From a virus (Duplodnaviria; Caudoviricetes), in the IMG/VR virus record IMGVR_UViG_3300032281_001136, positions 1 through 30,862 of that record: a DNA stretch of 30,862 nt; one strand, written 5' to 3'. Below the pieces are notes generated by a model. That model searched no databases and was not told the DNA's origin. It saw only the letters and a program-made list of their open reading frames with translations. The translations under genes were made by a program, and so were the position numbers. This document shows, one piece after another, positions 18,893 through 26,593 of this stretch (positions within the stretch are counted from its first letter, which is position 1; each line of letters begins with the position of its first letter).

Positions 18893-18900
18893 TATTTATA
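18893..18900 (-). promoter_or_regulatory. Late promoter TATAAATA (exact T4 gp55 consensus)
   Basis: Upstream of SD GAGGA and sheath ATG 18859. Confidence 0.8.
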
Positions 18901-18959
18901 ATTATTTGGTTAAATTTGTGGTGTTAGGTGCCCTTTGAAAGGTTCGCTTGCTACAGTAA

Positions 18960-18967
18960 GATAAATA
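18960..18967 (+). promoter_or_regulatory. Late promoter box GATAAATA
   Basis: 5 nt before ATG 18973. Confidence 0.65.
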
Positions 18968-18972
18968 GGTAT

Positions 18973-19323
18973 ATGGAATACCGAAAAATATGCGAAATCT
19001 GTGGTAAAAAGCCGGTTGCTGTAAATTATAAAATGCATGGCAAAATTTACTATAGATCCAAGTGTGATAATTGTTGCAGGAAAAAGCGTAATAAACCTGC
19101 AGCTAAACCTCGTTGGCTTTTAGAAGGTTACAAAAAGAAACCGCATTGTGAGAAATGCGGCTTTAAAGCTAAGTTAAAAGAGCAATTATTTGTCTATTAT
19201 GTTGATGGAAATTTAAACAACAACAATCAACTTAACTTAAAAACGGTCTGCGCTAATTGTCAATATGAAATTGCCCGAGAGGGTTTAGGATGGCGTCAAG
19301 GCGATCTTGTACCTGATTATTAA
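18973..19323 (+). CDS. Zn-binding protein with degenerate HNH fold
   Basis: Four CxxC pairs; YYVDGNLNNN..NLKTVCANCQ aligns with the HNH motif HH.DG...NN...NL..LC..CH but lacks the histidines. Start reassigned to ATG 18973. Confidence 0.72.
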   Translation: MEYRKICEICGKKPVAVNYKMHGKIYYRSKCDNCCRKKRNKPAAKPRWLLEGYKKKPHCEKCGFKAKLKEQLFVYYVDGNLNNNNQLNLKTVCANCQYEIAREGLGWRQGDLVPDY

Positions 19324-19954
19324 TTATATTAGATTCAATCTGCTGATATAGTTCTTCAATAGTTCCGTCGTTGTTTAACACTACATCAAACTTCTGCCCC
19401 ACCCAAGCTGTTTCACTGGCATGAATACCAAGTTTTTCTATTTTTTGCTTACTCAATGCCCAATTCATATTACGATTGGGTCCTTTGTTCATGCTCTTAG
19501 CTGCATCAAACCATCCAGGTTCAATCCCACGTTTAATTCGCACTACCTGGCCGCCTGCGGCGCGGATAGCTTTAATTTCATTAGGAAAGCGGCAGTCCGT
19601 GATAACGATATCATTTTTGGTATTAAGTAACCGGTATTCTAAACTTGCTACCCACATGTCATCATGGAATCCTTTACGGACTACTTCAGTGCCCCAGTAT
19701 TGTAAAATATAACGTGGGGTAATATCTTTCTTTAGGCGTTTGCTCCACCATTCATCTCGAGTTTCACGCCAATTACGGCTTTCTTTGGTGCGCCCTTCAA
19801 GCAGTTCGCGATCCCAACCAAATACCTGGCTTACAGCATCCTTGAGACTGTTAGCAAAGCTCTCACGCTTAAATCTATGAAAATTGACCAGATAGTCTGC
19901 AACCGTGTCTTTACCAGATCCGATAAAGCCCACGATACCGATGATTTGACTCAT
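19253..19954 (-). CDS. Deoxynucleoside monophosphate kinase, T4 gp1-like
   Basis: IIGIVGFIGSGKDT P-loop, FANSLKD, TPRYILQYWGTE, ITDCRFPNE and HASE motifs. Confidence 0.92.
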   Translation of the reverse strand: MSQIIGIVGFIGSGKDTVADYLVNFHRFKRESFANSLKDAVSQVFGWDRELLEGRTKESRNWRETRDEWWSKRLKKDITPRYILQYWGTEVVRKGFHDDMWVASLEYRLLNTKNDIVITDCRFPNEIKAIRAAGGQVVRIKRGIEPGWFDAAKSMNKGPNRNMNWALSKQKIEKLGIHASETAWVGQKFDVVLNNDGTIEELYQQIESNIINNQVQDRLDAILNPLGQFHIDN

Positions 19955-19979
19955 TGAAATCCCCTTAGTTGATAATACT

Positions 19980-20008
19980 ATTTTACGAGAGTTTTAGACA
20001 GTTGTCTA
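19980..20008 (-). promoter_or_regulatory. Candidate sigma70-type promoter TAGACA-17-TAAAAT for dNMP kinase
   Basis: One mismatch in each hexamer, correct spacing, SD AAGGGG downstream. Confidence 0.6.
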
Positions 20009-20015
20009 TAGATTT

Positions 20016-21209
20016 TTAACCAGTTATCCATGTCATTGGTGCGCCACCATCGACATAATTCCTAATATCTTCGTCAAGTTTGACTAATAGCTCATTGCCT
20101 TCTTGTTTGAGCACGGCGCCATTTAAACTTGTGCCCCCTTGCGGGCCTGCAATCGTAGCAAATTTTTCACGTGCATTGCCGATACTGATTAACACCAGAG
20201 CATAGGCATAGTCTTGTATCCAAGGGAATACCTGCGGATCATTTAACAACATGATATCTGGTTTGTAGTTATACAAATGTAATAACACTGTTTCAGTTAC
20301 TGCATTATCTGGGCTACTCGGTGAGCTTACATACGTCGATGCTAAAGACATGTCATTAACTACTGTAGACCCAAGTGCCGCAGTATTTAAGAATGTAAAT
20401 ATTTGTTGCGTTGGATCCACGCTGGTAATAATATAGCTACCATTATATCCAGCAACTGGACAGTTAGTAATAGCAATAGTGCTTCCTACGATAACACCAT
20501 TCCAAGGACCTTGGTTTGAAATTTGGAATGTAACTGTGCTACCAACCGCTGTTCCACTTGCTGTTAAACTTCTTAATCTTAATGTAGCACCTGCTCCCTG
20601 GAATGGCATTTTACGAACTAAAGTCATTTTTTTAGTGACTTTATTCCAAGTAAAGTTCATAAAGCCGCCAAACATACGCATGGCTAATTTTTGATAGTCC
20701 ACAAACAATTCATAGTTAGTCAACCCGCCAACTCGTCCAGCTACCAACATATAGGTATTCAAGTATCCTGAACTAAATGGTTCAAATTGGCTGGCAGTTG
20801 TACCAGTAACACTACCAATACCACGACGATAAATTGCTTTAACATCCATGACTGTGTTAGGTAAGATATATTCTTGCGTTTCTGGATACAGGTCTAAGAA
20901 CGCATATGATTCTTCTACACTGTTAGAACTTTTTTGACGATAGCGAATAAGGGCTTGTTTAATTCCCATGTCAAAATGTTCTTTATCAGCTTCAACATCG
21001 ATCATACCATAGCCTAAACGTAGGCGGATATAATCAATAATATCATTTTGTAGACTTGATACTTGTGTTAGTTGAGCAGCTAAATTAGCATCAAATGCTA
21101 TATGTCCAGCACCTGTGCCTGTATAGGTATTATACAAGCTCTCAGTTTGCATACTAAGAGTTGCTGTTAGATTACCGGTTGATGTAACGTTTGCTGGAAG
21201 TAAAGACAT
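20016..21209 (-). CDS. Neck/head-tail adaptor protein, T4 gp13-like, with inserted beta-rich domain
   Basis: IDYIRLRLGYGMIDVE, WIQDYAYAL, G.AREKF, GPQGGTSLNG and LKQEG pattern typical of gp13-like proteins. Confidence 0.8.
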   Translation of the reverse strand: MSLLPANVTSTGNLTATLSMQTESLYNTYTGTGAGHIAFDANLAAQLTQVSSLQNDIIDYIRLRLGYGMIDVEADKEHFDMGIKQALIRYRQKSSNSVEESYAFLDLYPETQEYILPNTVMDVKAIYRRGIGSVTGTTASQFEPFSSGYLNTYMLVAGRVGGLTNYELFVDYQKLAMRMFGGFMNFTWNKVTKKMTLVRKMPFQGAGATLRLRSLTASGTAVGSTVTFQISNQGPWNGVIVGSTIAITNCPVAGYNGSYIITSVDPTQQIFTFLNTAALGSTVVNDMSLASTYVSSPSSPDNAVTETVLLHLYNYKPDIMLLNDPQVFPWIQDYAYALVLISIGNAREKFATIAGPQGGTSLNGAVLKQEGNELLVKLDEDIRNYVDGGAPMTWITG

Positions 21210-21214
21210 TTAAA

Positions 21215-21254
21215 TTATCCTGTTATAGTGTATTTATTATCTACAACAGGATAA
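21215..21254 (-). promoter_or_regulatory. RBS-sequestering hairpin with late promoter AATAAATA (21231-21238) in its loop
   Basis: mRNA UUAUCCUGUUGUAG-AUAAUAAAUACA-CUAUAACAGGAUAA forms 14 bp including one G-U pair; the 3' arm contains SD AGGA of ATG 21209. Confidence 0.8.
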
Positions 21255-21282
21255 GTTTGGCTTTACGCTACCTTGAGGGGGA

Positions 21283-22467
21283 TTAGATCACTCTGAGTAG
21301 GATGGTATCAGCGTTGATACGTCCATTGAGTTTGATTTCAGTTGTTTTGATATTGTCTAAGAACTTGCGTAATTCTACTTTACTACTGGCCAAGAATGCT
21401 TTAATCTGTTCTTCAGGTTTACGCAGAGTTTTTTGCGTACTTTTACTTTCGTTGAAGCCTGTGATAGTTGTACCTTTAACTCCAAGTGCACCACCTTGAT
21501 CTTCTGCTACATAACGACCTAGTTTACGATTTTTAACGTTGTAGACCCATAACACTTCTGCACCAACGATATCCACCGGATTAACTGACACAATCTTAAG
21601 AGCTGTATCTTGTTTGAGATATTTTAAGCTCTTGACCAGTTTTTCTTTTTGTGGTGGCTTACGCACCGCGGCTTTTTTAGTTGCTTTCTTAGTCTGATTA
21701 TAAGCGGTTAGGTCTTGGAATAGCTTATCATAAAATGCTTCACAGCGTTTGAAGTCTGCAGCCTTGTAGTGGCTGTAACCCTCTTTTAATTGGTCATCTT
21801 CGCCCTTACGTGCTTCTTTAATTTCAGCGTATCGTGGCTCAAATACTGCGGAAATTTTGCTGATTAGTGCCTGTGGCACTGTGTTTTTAACCAGATACTC
21901 ATAGGCTTTAGGATCTACAGTTTCCCCTGCGAATAGGGCATCTTCTAATATTTCAAAATAAAGGATATGTTTCTTGGCCACTTCATTCATACGATCCTGG
22001 ATCGTTGGAATTTTAACTTCAGATTTAATTACCTTTTTTTCTACTTCTTCATCATCTGCACGCATATCCAACACACGTTTAACAGCATCAAGAATATATT
22101 CTACATGACGGTCACGTAACGGCATGCCGCGCTCATTGGCCTTGACTAAAGCACAAACAGTAAATGGTGTTAGGCTGTCTGATGAGCGAGCATAGCGGTC
22201 AATAGTAGCCCTATCTAATTTATGTAAACCTTCTGCACCTTCATGCTGGCGCAACCAAGCCACAACATATTTCTTTAGATCTTTAGGACCATAATAATAA
22301 TTATAGTAGGCTAGACTTTTACGCAAGTGATGGTCAAATTCTTCGTTTGAAAAAGTTAAGGCACGATCATAATCCCAAATTGGTTCTTTACCTGTGTATT
22401 TTTCATCACTAAAATTAATATTGCTGACTTTAGCTTTCTTTTTCATTCCGTCAATCTTGATTGCCAT
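21283..22467 (-). CDS. Hypothetical phage protein, basic and helical
   Basis: 394 aa, own sigma70 promoter and SD AAGGA; C-terminal KTLRKPEEQ...NGRINADTILL; function not recognised. Confidence 0.75.
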   Translation of the reverse strand: MAIKIDGMKKKAKVSNINFSDEKYTGKEPIWDYDRALTFSNEEFDHHLRKSLAYYNYYYGPKDLKKYVVAWLRQHEGAEGLHKLDRATIDRYARSSDSLTPFTVCALVKANERGMPLRDRHVEYILDAVKRVLDMRADDEEVEKKVIKSEVKIPTIQDRMNEVAKKHILYFEILEDALFAGETVDPKAYEYLVKNTVPQALISKISAVFEPRYAEIKEARKGEDDQLKEGYSHYKAADFKRCEAFYDKLFQDLTAYNQTKKATKKAAVRKPPQKEKLVKSLKYLKQDTALKIVSVNPVDIVGAEVLWVYNVKNRKLGRYVAEDQGGALGVKGTTITGFNESKSTQKTLRKPEEQIKAFLASSKVELRKFLDNIKTTEIKLNGRINADTILLRVI

Positions 22468-22491
22468 ACTGATTCCTTAATTAATCATTTA

Positions 22492-22519
22492 ATTATACAG
22501 AGTTTAATTTATCTGTCAA
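22492..22519 (-). promoter_or_regulatory. sigma70-type promoter TTGACA-16-TATAAT
   Basis: Perfect hexamers in the intergenic gap upstream of ATG 22467. Confidence 0.82.
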
Positions 22520-22744
22520 CTAATCTGGTTGTCCGTCGTCTTCTAAGACACGAACATCCTTGAGCTCTTTTTCTAATTCACGCTTGACCATTTTGTAAGC
22601 CGAGCGTTCCATATTATCCAAATCATCCCAATTCTCTTCCATGCTGTTTAGGGCACCCCAGAGATTGCTGTGTCCATATTCTTCACCGTGCCACTGCACG
22701 ATACTATATGCTTCACCTATGTCCATATATACTGGTGTGCTCAT
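22520..22744 (-). CDS. Small acidic hypothetical protein
   Basis: 74 aa, SD GGGGA, ATGA overlap with the upstream gene. Confidence 0.75.
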   Translation of the reverse strand: MSTPVYMDIGEAYSIVQWHGEEYGHSNLWGALNSMEENWDDLDNMERSAYKMVKRELEKELKDVRVLEDDGQPD

Positions 22745-22920
22745 TGTTTGTCCCCAAGTTGGAATTTTTTAAGGTAGGTAATTGCTTGGGTTAAATCTTC
22801 TACAGGCTCCACTGTGTCTAACAGCATGACATGTCGTGATAGTTGTAGGATTCTTTGAGCACGGAAAAGGCGTTCATATCGGCTTTCACCTGGATAAGGT
22901 TGGCTCCATTTGAAGTTCAT
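22741..22920 (-). CDS. Small hypothetical protein (59 aa, missed by ORF track)
   Basis: MNFKWSQPYPGESRYERLFRAQRILQLSRHVMLLDTVEPVEDLTQAITYLKKFQLGDKQ*; SD GAGGAG; ATGA overlaps with both neighbours. Confidence 0.8.
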   Translation of the reverse strand: MNFKWSQPYPGESRYERLFRAQRILQLSRHVMLLDTVEPVEDLTQAITYLKKFQLGDKQ

Positions 22921-23144
22921 TTGATCTCCTCTATACTGGATTTAAAATCATTGTCCCAATTTAGCTCTACTGTTTTATTCACGGGTGTGGCTATAATTTC
23001 TTCGATGGTCCTGCCAATGGGCTTATGCTGGACGATTGGTTTTTTAGCCCAATCTAAATTGTAGGCCCAGGTAAATATAGCTATCCATAATAGAGTAGCC
23101 AGAGTAGCTTTGCTGTCTAAAAGTTTTTTAATAAAATCATGCAT
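22917..23144 (-). CDS. Small single-pass membrane protein
   Basis: 75 aa, hydrophobic ATLATLLWIAIFTWAY segment, SD AAGGAG. Confidence 0.75.
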   Translation of the reverse strand: MHDFIKKLLDSKATLATLLWIAIFTWAYNLDWAKKPIVQHKPIGRTIEEIIATPVNKTVELNWDNDFKSSIEEIK

Positions 23145-23167
23145 TTAGTCACTCCTTTATTATGTGT

Positions 23168-23196
23168 ATTATAGCATCTTTTGGTTAGTTTGTCAA
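23168..23196 (-). promoter_or_regulatory. Consensus sigma70 promoter TTGACA-17-TATAAT with extended -10 TG
   Basis: Perfect match; -35 overlaps the TGA stop of the upstream gene. Confidence 0.88.
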
Positions 23197-23459
23197 CCAT
23201 TTAACAGCACACCAAAAGTCAAATATTGCTCATATTGTGCTATATCTTGGTTAATTTGCTCTAATAATTCCTTATGCTTTTGGGTCTGACGCCCTTGCCT
23301 ACGGCAGTTGATTTCCTCTTCTGACAGTTTTTTAACCATACTACCTATGGCGTTGCTCATTTTGAGCATATCATGGGGGTAACGTTTCATTTTATGTGCT
23401 GGCGCTTCCAGTGCTGTCTGCACATGAGCCCAATCTAAACTTTGAGTAATTTCAGCCAT
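23193..23459 (-). CDS. Small helical hypothetical protein
   Basis: 88 aa from ATG 23459 (MAEITQSL...). The track's longer start lies inside the promoter spacer. Confidence 0.72.
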   Translation of the reverse strand: MAEITQSLDWAHVQTALEAPAHKMKRYPHDMLKMSNAIGSMVKKLSEEEINCRRQGRQTQKHKELLEQINQDIAQYEQYLTFGVLLNG

Positions 23460-23464
23460 AATAC

Positions 23465-23493
23465 AGTATAACACATTTTGGTGTAGTTGTCAA
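23465..23493 (-). promoter_or_regulatory. sigma70 promoter TTGACA-17-TATACT with extended -10 TG
   Basis: -10 ends 5 nt before ATG 23459; no SD. Confidence 0.82.
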
Positions 23494-23497
23494 TGTC

Positions 23498-23505
23498 GAT
23501 AAATA
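23498..23505 (+). promoter_or_regulatory. Late promoter box GATAAATA
   Basis: 20 nt before ATG 23526, with SD AGGA between. Confidence 0.7.
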
Positions 23506-23525
23506 CTAGATAATAGGATTCTGTA

Positions 23526-25187
23526 ATGCCACGTTTAAGTTTATACAAGCCAACCAAAGGCAACGACGATAAATTCATCAACAAAACAATGAGTGAAATG
23601 TTCACTGTAGGTGGGGTTGATGTCTATGTCCACAAATATTTAGGTCCATTGGCACAGGCTAATACCAGTGCTACAGAAACGGGTTCTATAGGCATCACTG
23701 GCATCCAAGACTTACTATTCTTAGAAAATCGTGATCGCAAGTATGATACCAGTGTTTACACTATGCGCACTATCTATCGTGTAAATGACAATGACTTTGA
23801 TCTACAACAGTTTGGCCTTTTCCTAACCGGTGACACCATGTTCGCTGTGTTCCATTATGATGACATGATTGACATCATTGGACGCAAGCTCATGGTAGGC
23901 GATGTGTTAGAAATGCCTAACCTAATAGACTACTATCCTATAGATGAAGGTGTCAGTGCCGCACTTAAACGTTTCTATGTCATACAAGATGCTACACGTG
24001 CCGCTGAAGGATTTGCAGCAACCTATTGGCCACACCTATGGCGTTGTAAATTACAACCATTGGTAGACAGCCAAGAATATAAAGACATTCTTAATAACTT
24101 ACCAGCTACTGACAGTGGTGATAGCACCAATACTCTAGGTGAAGTTATCAGTACCTATAACAAGTATATTGAAATCAACGATGCTATCGTTAGCCGTGCA
24201 GAACAAGATGTACCGGCCAGTGGGTACGACACCAGCTCGATCTATACTGTACCTGTAGGTGCAGATGGGTTGCCTGCAGATCCCGGAGCATTAGACTCCA
24301 GCACCATTTCAGATGATGCTAGTGATGTGAATCATGACGCTAGTGCCCAAACACTAACTTCAGCAAGAAAAGTAGAAGGATACCTAACGGGAGATGCATT
24401 ACCTCCGAATGGTCAAAAAGTTGCTGCCGGTATTAGTTTCCCAACATCACCAGGGTCAGGAGATTATTTTTTACGTTTAGATTATGTACCTAATAGGTTG
24501 TTCCGATACGACGGACGTCGTTGGGTTAAAGTAGAGGATGGAGTGAGAACTAATCTAACACCAGGATCAACAAATTATACTCAACGCAGTGGTTTTGTAA
24601 ACGATACAAATAAATTTATGAGCAATGCAGTAGCCTGGGATGGTATACGCATATCAAGTTCGTATACACCAGCAGCCAATGCTAAAACTTTATCATTTAC
24701 ACTTTCTACTAAAACTGTTGTCGTTAAAGTTCCTTATATTAGTACATATGGAGTTAAGGCTTTTGTAGATGGTACCAAGGTAGATAACGTAATTAGTAAC
24801 TCAAGCGGTAACATAGCCTTTACAGTCACAACAGCAGTTCGTCCAAGATCATTTAAACTTATATCAGCGAATGCTGTAAGTGGTACAGCAACATTGACCT
24901 TTGCGGATCAACCAACTACCCCTTTCATTGTTGGCCAAAGCATTTATGTTGTTGGAGTTACAGGACAAACTGCATTTAATGGTACCTGGACTGTTGCCAG
25001 TGCTAATACTTCTCAAGTACAATATACACTAGCAGGAAATATTTCAGGCACAGTATCCAGTGCTACAGTGTCTGATGCATCACCATTGCCAATTGGTAGT
25101 CTATTGGAATATACAGTTTATGAACATGTAATCAACGAACGTCAGAGCTTGAGTCAAGCCTTGCGTCCTTCAGCGGATAATATATAA
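23526..25187 (+). CDS. Neck/head-closure protein, T4 gp14-like, with long C-terminal extension
   Basis: N-terminal domain (GGVDVYVHKY, DLQQFGLFL, GRKLMVGDVLEMP) fits gp14-like connectors; precedes the gp15-like gene; beta-rich extension. Confidence 0.6.
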   Translation: MPRLSLYKPTKGNDDKFINKTMSEMFTVGGVDVYVHKYLGPLAQANTSATETGSIGITGIQDLLFLENRDRKYDTSVYTMRTIYRVNDNDFDLQQFGLFLTGDTMFAVFHYDDMIDIIGRKLMVGDVLEMPNLIDYYPIDEGVSAALKRFYVIQDATRAAEGFAATYWPHLWRCKLQPLVDSQEYKDILNNLPATDSGDSTNTLGEVISTYNKYIEINDAIVSRAEQDVPASGYDTSSIYTVPVGADGLPADPGALDSSTISDDASDVNHDASAQTLTSARKVEGYLTGDALPPNGQKVAAGISFPTSPGSGDYFLRLDYVPNRLFRYDGRRWVKVEDGVRTNLTPGSTNYTQRSGFVNDTNKFMSNAVAWDGIRISSSYTPAANAKTLSFTLSTKTVVVKVPYISTYGVKAFVDGTKVDNVISNSSGNIAFTVTTAVRPRSFKLISANAVSGTATLTFADQPTTPFIVGQSIYVVGVTGQTAFNGTWTVASANTSQVQYTLAGNISGTVSSATVSDASPLPIGSLLEYTVYEHVINERQSLSQALRPSADNI

Positions 25188-26593
25188 TGGCAGCTAATCA
25201 ACAATTTTTTTATGATGCACAGATTGAACGCTTTTTAGCACAATTTATTCGCATGGTATCTGGATTCCAGGTCGAATTTGGTGCCAATCGAGATGGTAAC
25301 AAAACTCTGCAACGTGTTCCTGTTTACTACGGTGACGGTAGTCGTCAGGTAGCACAGATACTCACAAATGTCAGTGAAAATGCTACACCAACTGTACCAG
25401 CTATGACTGTTTATATTAACGGCGTTACCTATGATAGAGACCGCATACAACAACCAGACTTTGTTGGCAAGATGAACATACGCCAACGTTATTATAACGA
25501 AGAAACTCAAGAATTTGAAAATCGTCAAGGCAATGCGGTCACAGTGGAACGATTGATGCCAGTTCCCTACACCATAGAATTAAAATTAGACATATGGACA
25601 TCAAACACTAAACAAAAATTACAGTTACTAGAACAACTTATGGTACTGTTTAATCCTGCTTTAGAAATACAATCAACAGATAATTACATCGATTGGACAA
25701 GCCTAAGCGTGGTTTATTTAGATAGTCCTACGTGGACAAGTCGTAGTGTACCAATTGGTACCGAAAATCCAATTGACATAGCAACATTAACATTTAAATT
25801 GCCGGTGTGGATTAGTCCACCGGCCAAGGTTAAGAAATTAGGCGTCATACAGAAAATCATTGCCAGCATACACGACAGTGAAGGCAATCTCAGTGATGAT
25901 GTACTTGATAACAGTAATTTAATGGGCACAAGACAATACTTTACTCCGTTGGATTATGGGGTGTTGTTAATTGGAAATCAATTGACATTGTTAAAAGTGC
26001 AAGATGTTGAAGATCCGCGTGAACCCACACTAAGTACCCCCACTAAAGTTGGAACAAGAGATATATGGCGCAGTTTGATTAATGTATACGGTGCTTTAAA
26101 AAATGGAGTAAGTCAGGTTAGATTATTACAGGAAGATGAAATTACAGAAGTAGTCGGCACTGTAAGTTATCATCCCACAGATGACAGCATACTAATTTTT
26201 AATGCTGATGTAGATACATACCCTACCAACACCCTCACTGCTATCAATGCTATTATCGACCCTCAACGTACTACTGTTAATTCAAGTATCACTAATCCTG
26301 CAACAAATACCAGATATTTACTATTAGATGATATTGGTAGCTTTGATAATACACCAGGCACCGGACCAAGTGCTTGGCGTGGTACAGATGGCCAAGATTT
26401 AGTAGCTCATGCCAACGATATTATACAATTCAATGGAGTGCATTGGTCAGTAGTATTTGACAGTCAACCCGCAACTAATATACAATATGTAAGTAATCTC
26501 AATACTGGAACTCAATACAAATGGAATCTCAATCAATGGGTAAAAAGCTGGGAAGGCGAGTACAAGGGCGGGCTGTGGACACTGGTCATATAG
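25187..26593 (+). CDS. Tail terminator/sheath stabiliser, T4 gp15-like, with C-terminal extension
   Basis: FFYDAQIERFLAQF, RVPVYYG, MPVPYTIELKLDIWT, QLLEQLMVLFNP and TLTFKLPVWISPP motifs. Confidence 0.82.
   Translation: MAANQQFFYDAQIERFLAQFIRMVSGFQVEFGANRDGNKTLQRVPVYYGDGSRQVAQILTNVSENATPTVPAMTVYINGVTYDRDRIQQPDFVGKMNIRQRYYNEETQEFENRQGNAVTVERLMPVPYTIELKLDIWTSNTKQKLQLLEQLMVLFNPALEIQSTDNYIDWTSLSVVYLDSPTWTSRSVPIGTENPIDIATLTFKLPVWISPPAKVKKLGVIQKIIASIHDSEGNLSDDVLDNSNLMGTRQYFTPLDYGVLLIGNQLTLLKVQDVEDPREPTLSTPTKVGTRDIWRSLINVYGALKNGVSQVRLLQEDEITEVVGTVSYHPTDDSILIFNADVDTYPTNTLTAINAIIDPQRTTVNSSITNPATNTRYLLLDDIGSFDNTPGTGPSAWRGTDGQDLVAHANDIIQFNGVHWSVVFDSQPATNIQYVSNLNTGTQYKWNLNQWVKSWEGEYKGGLWTLVI

Noticed and set aside
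18860-18972. tRNA or structured ncRNA in the largest intergenic gap
   Set aside because: No cloverleaf or T-loop. The gap is explained by two divergent late promoters and an RBS, and the short inverted repeats (TAAATAG/CTATTTA, CCTT/AAGG) are weak.
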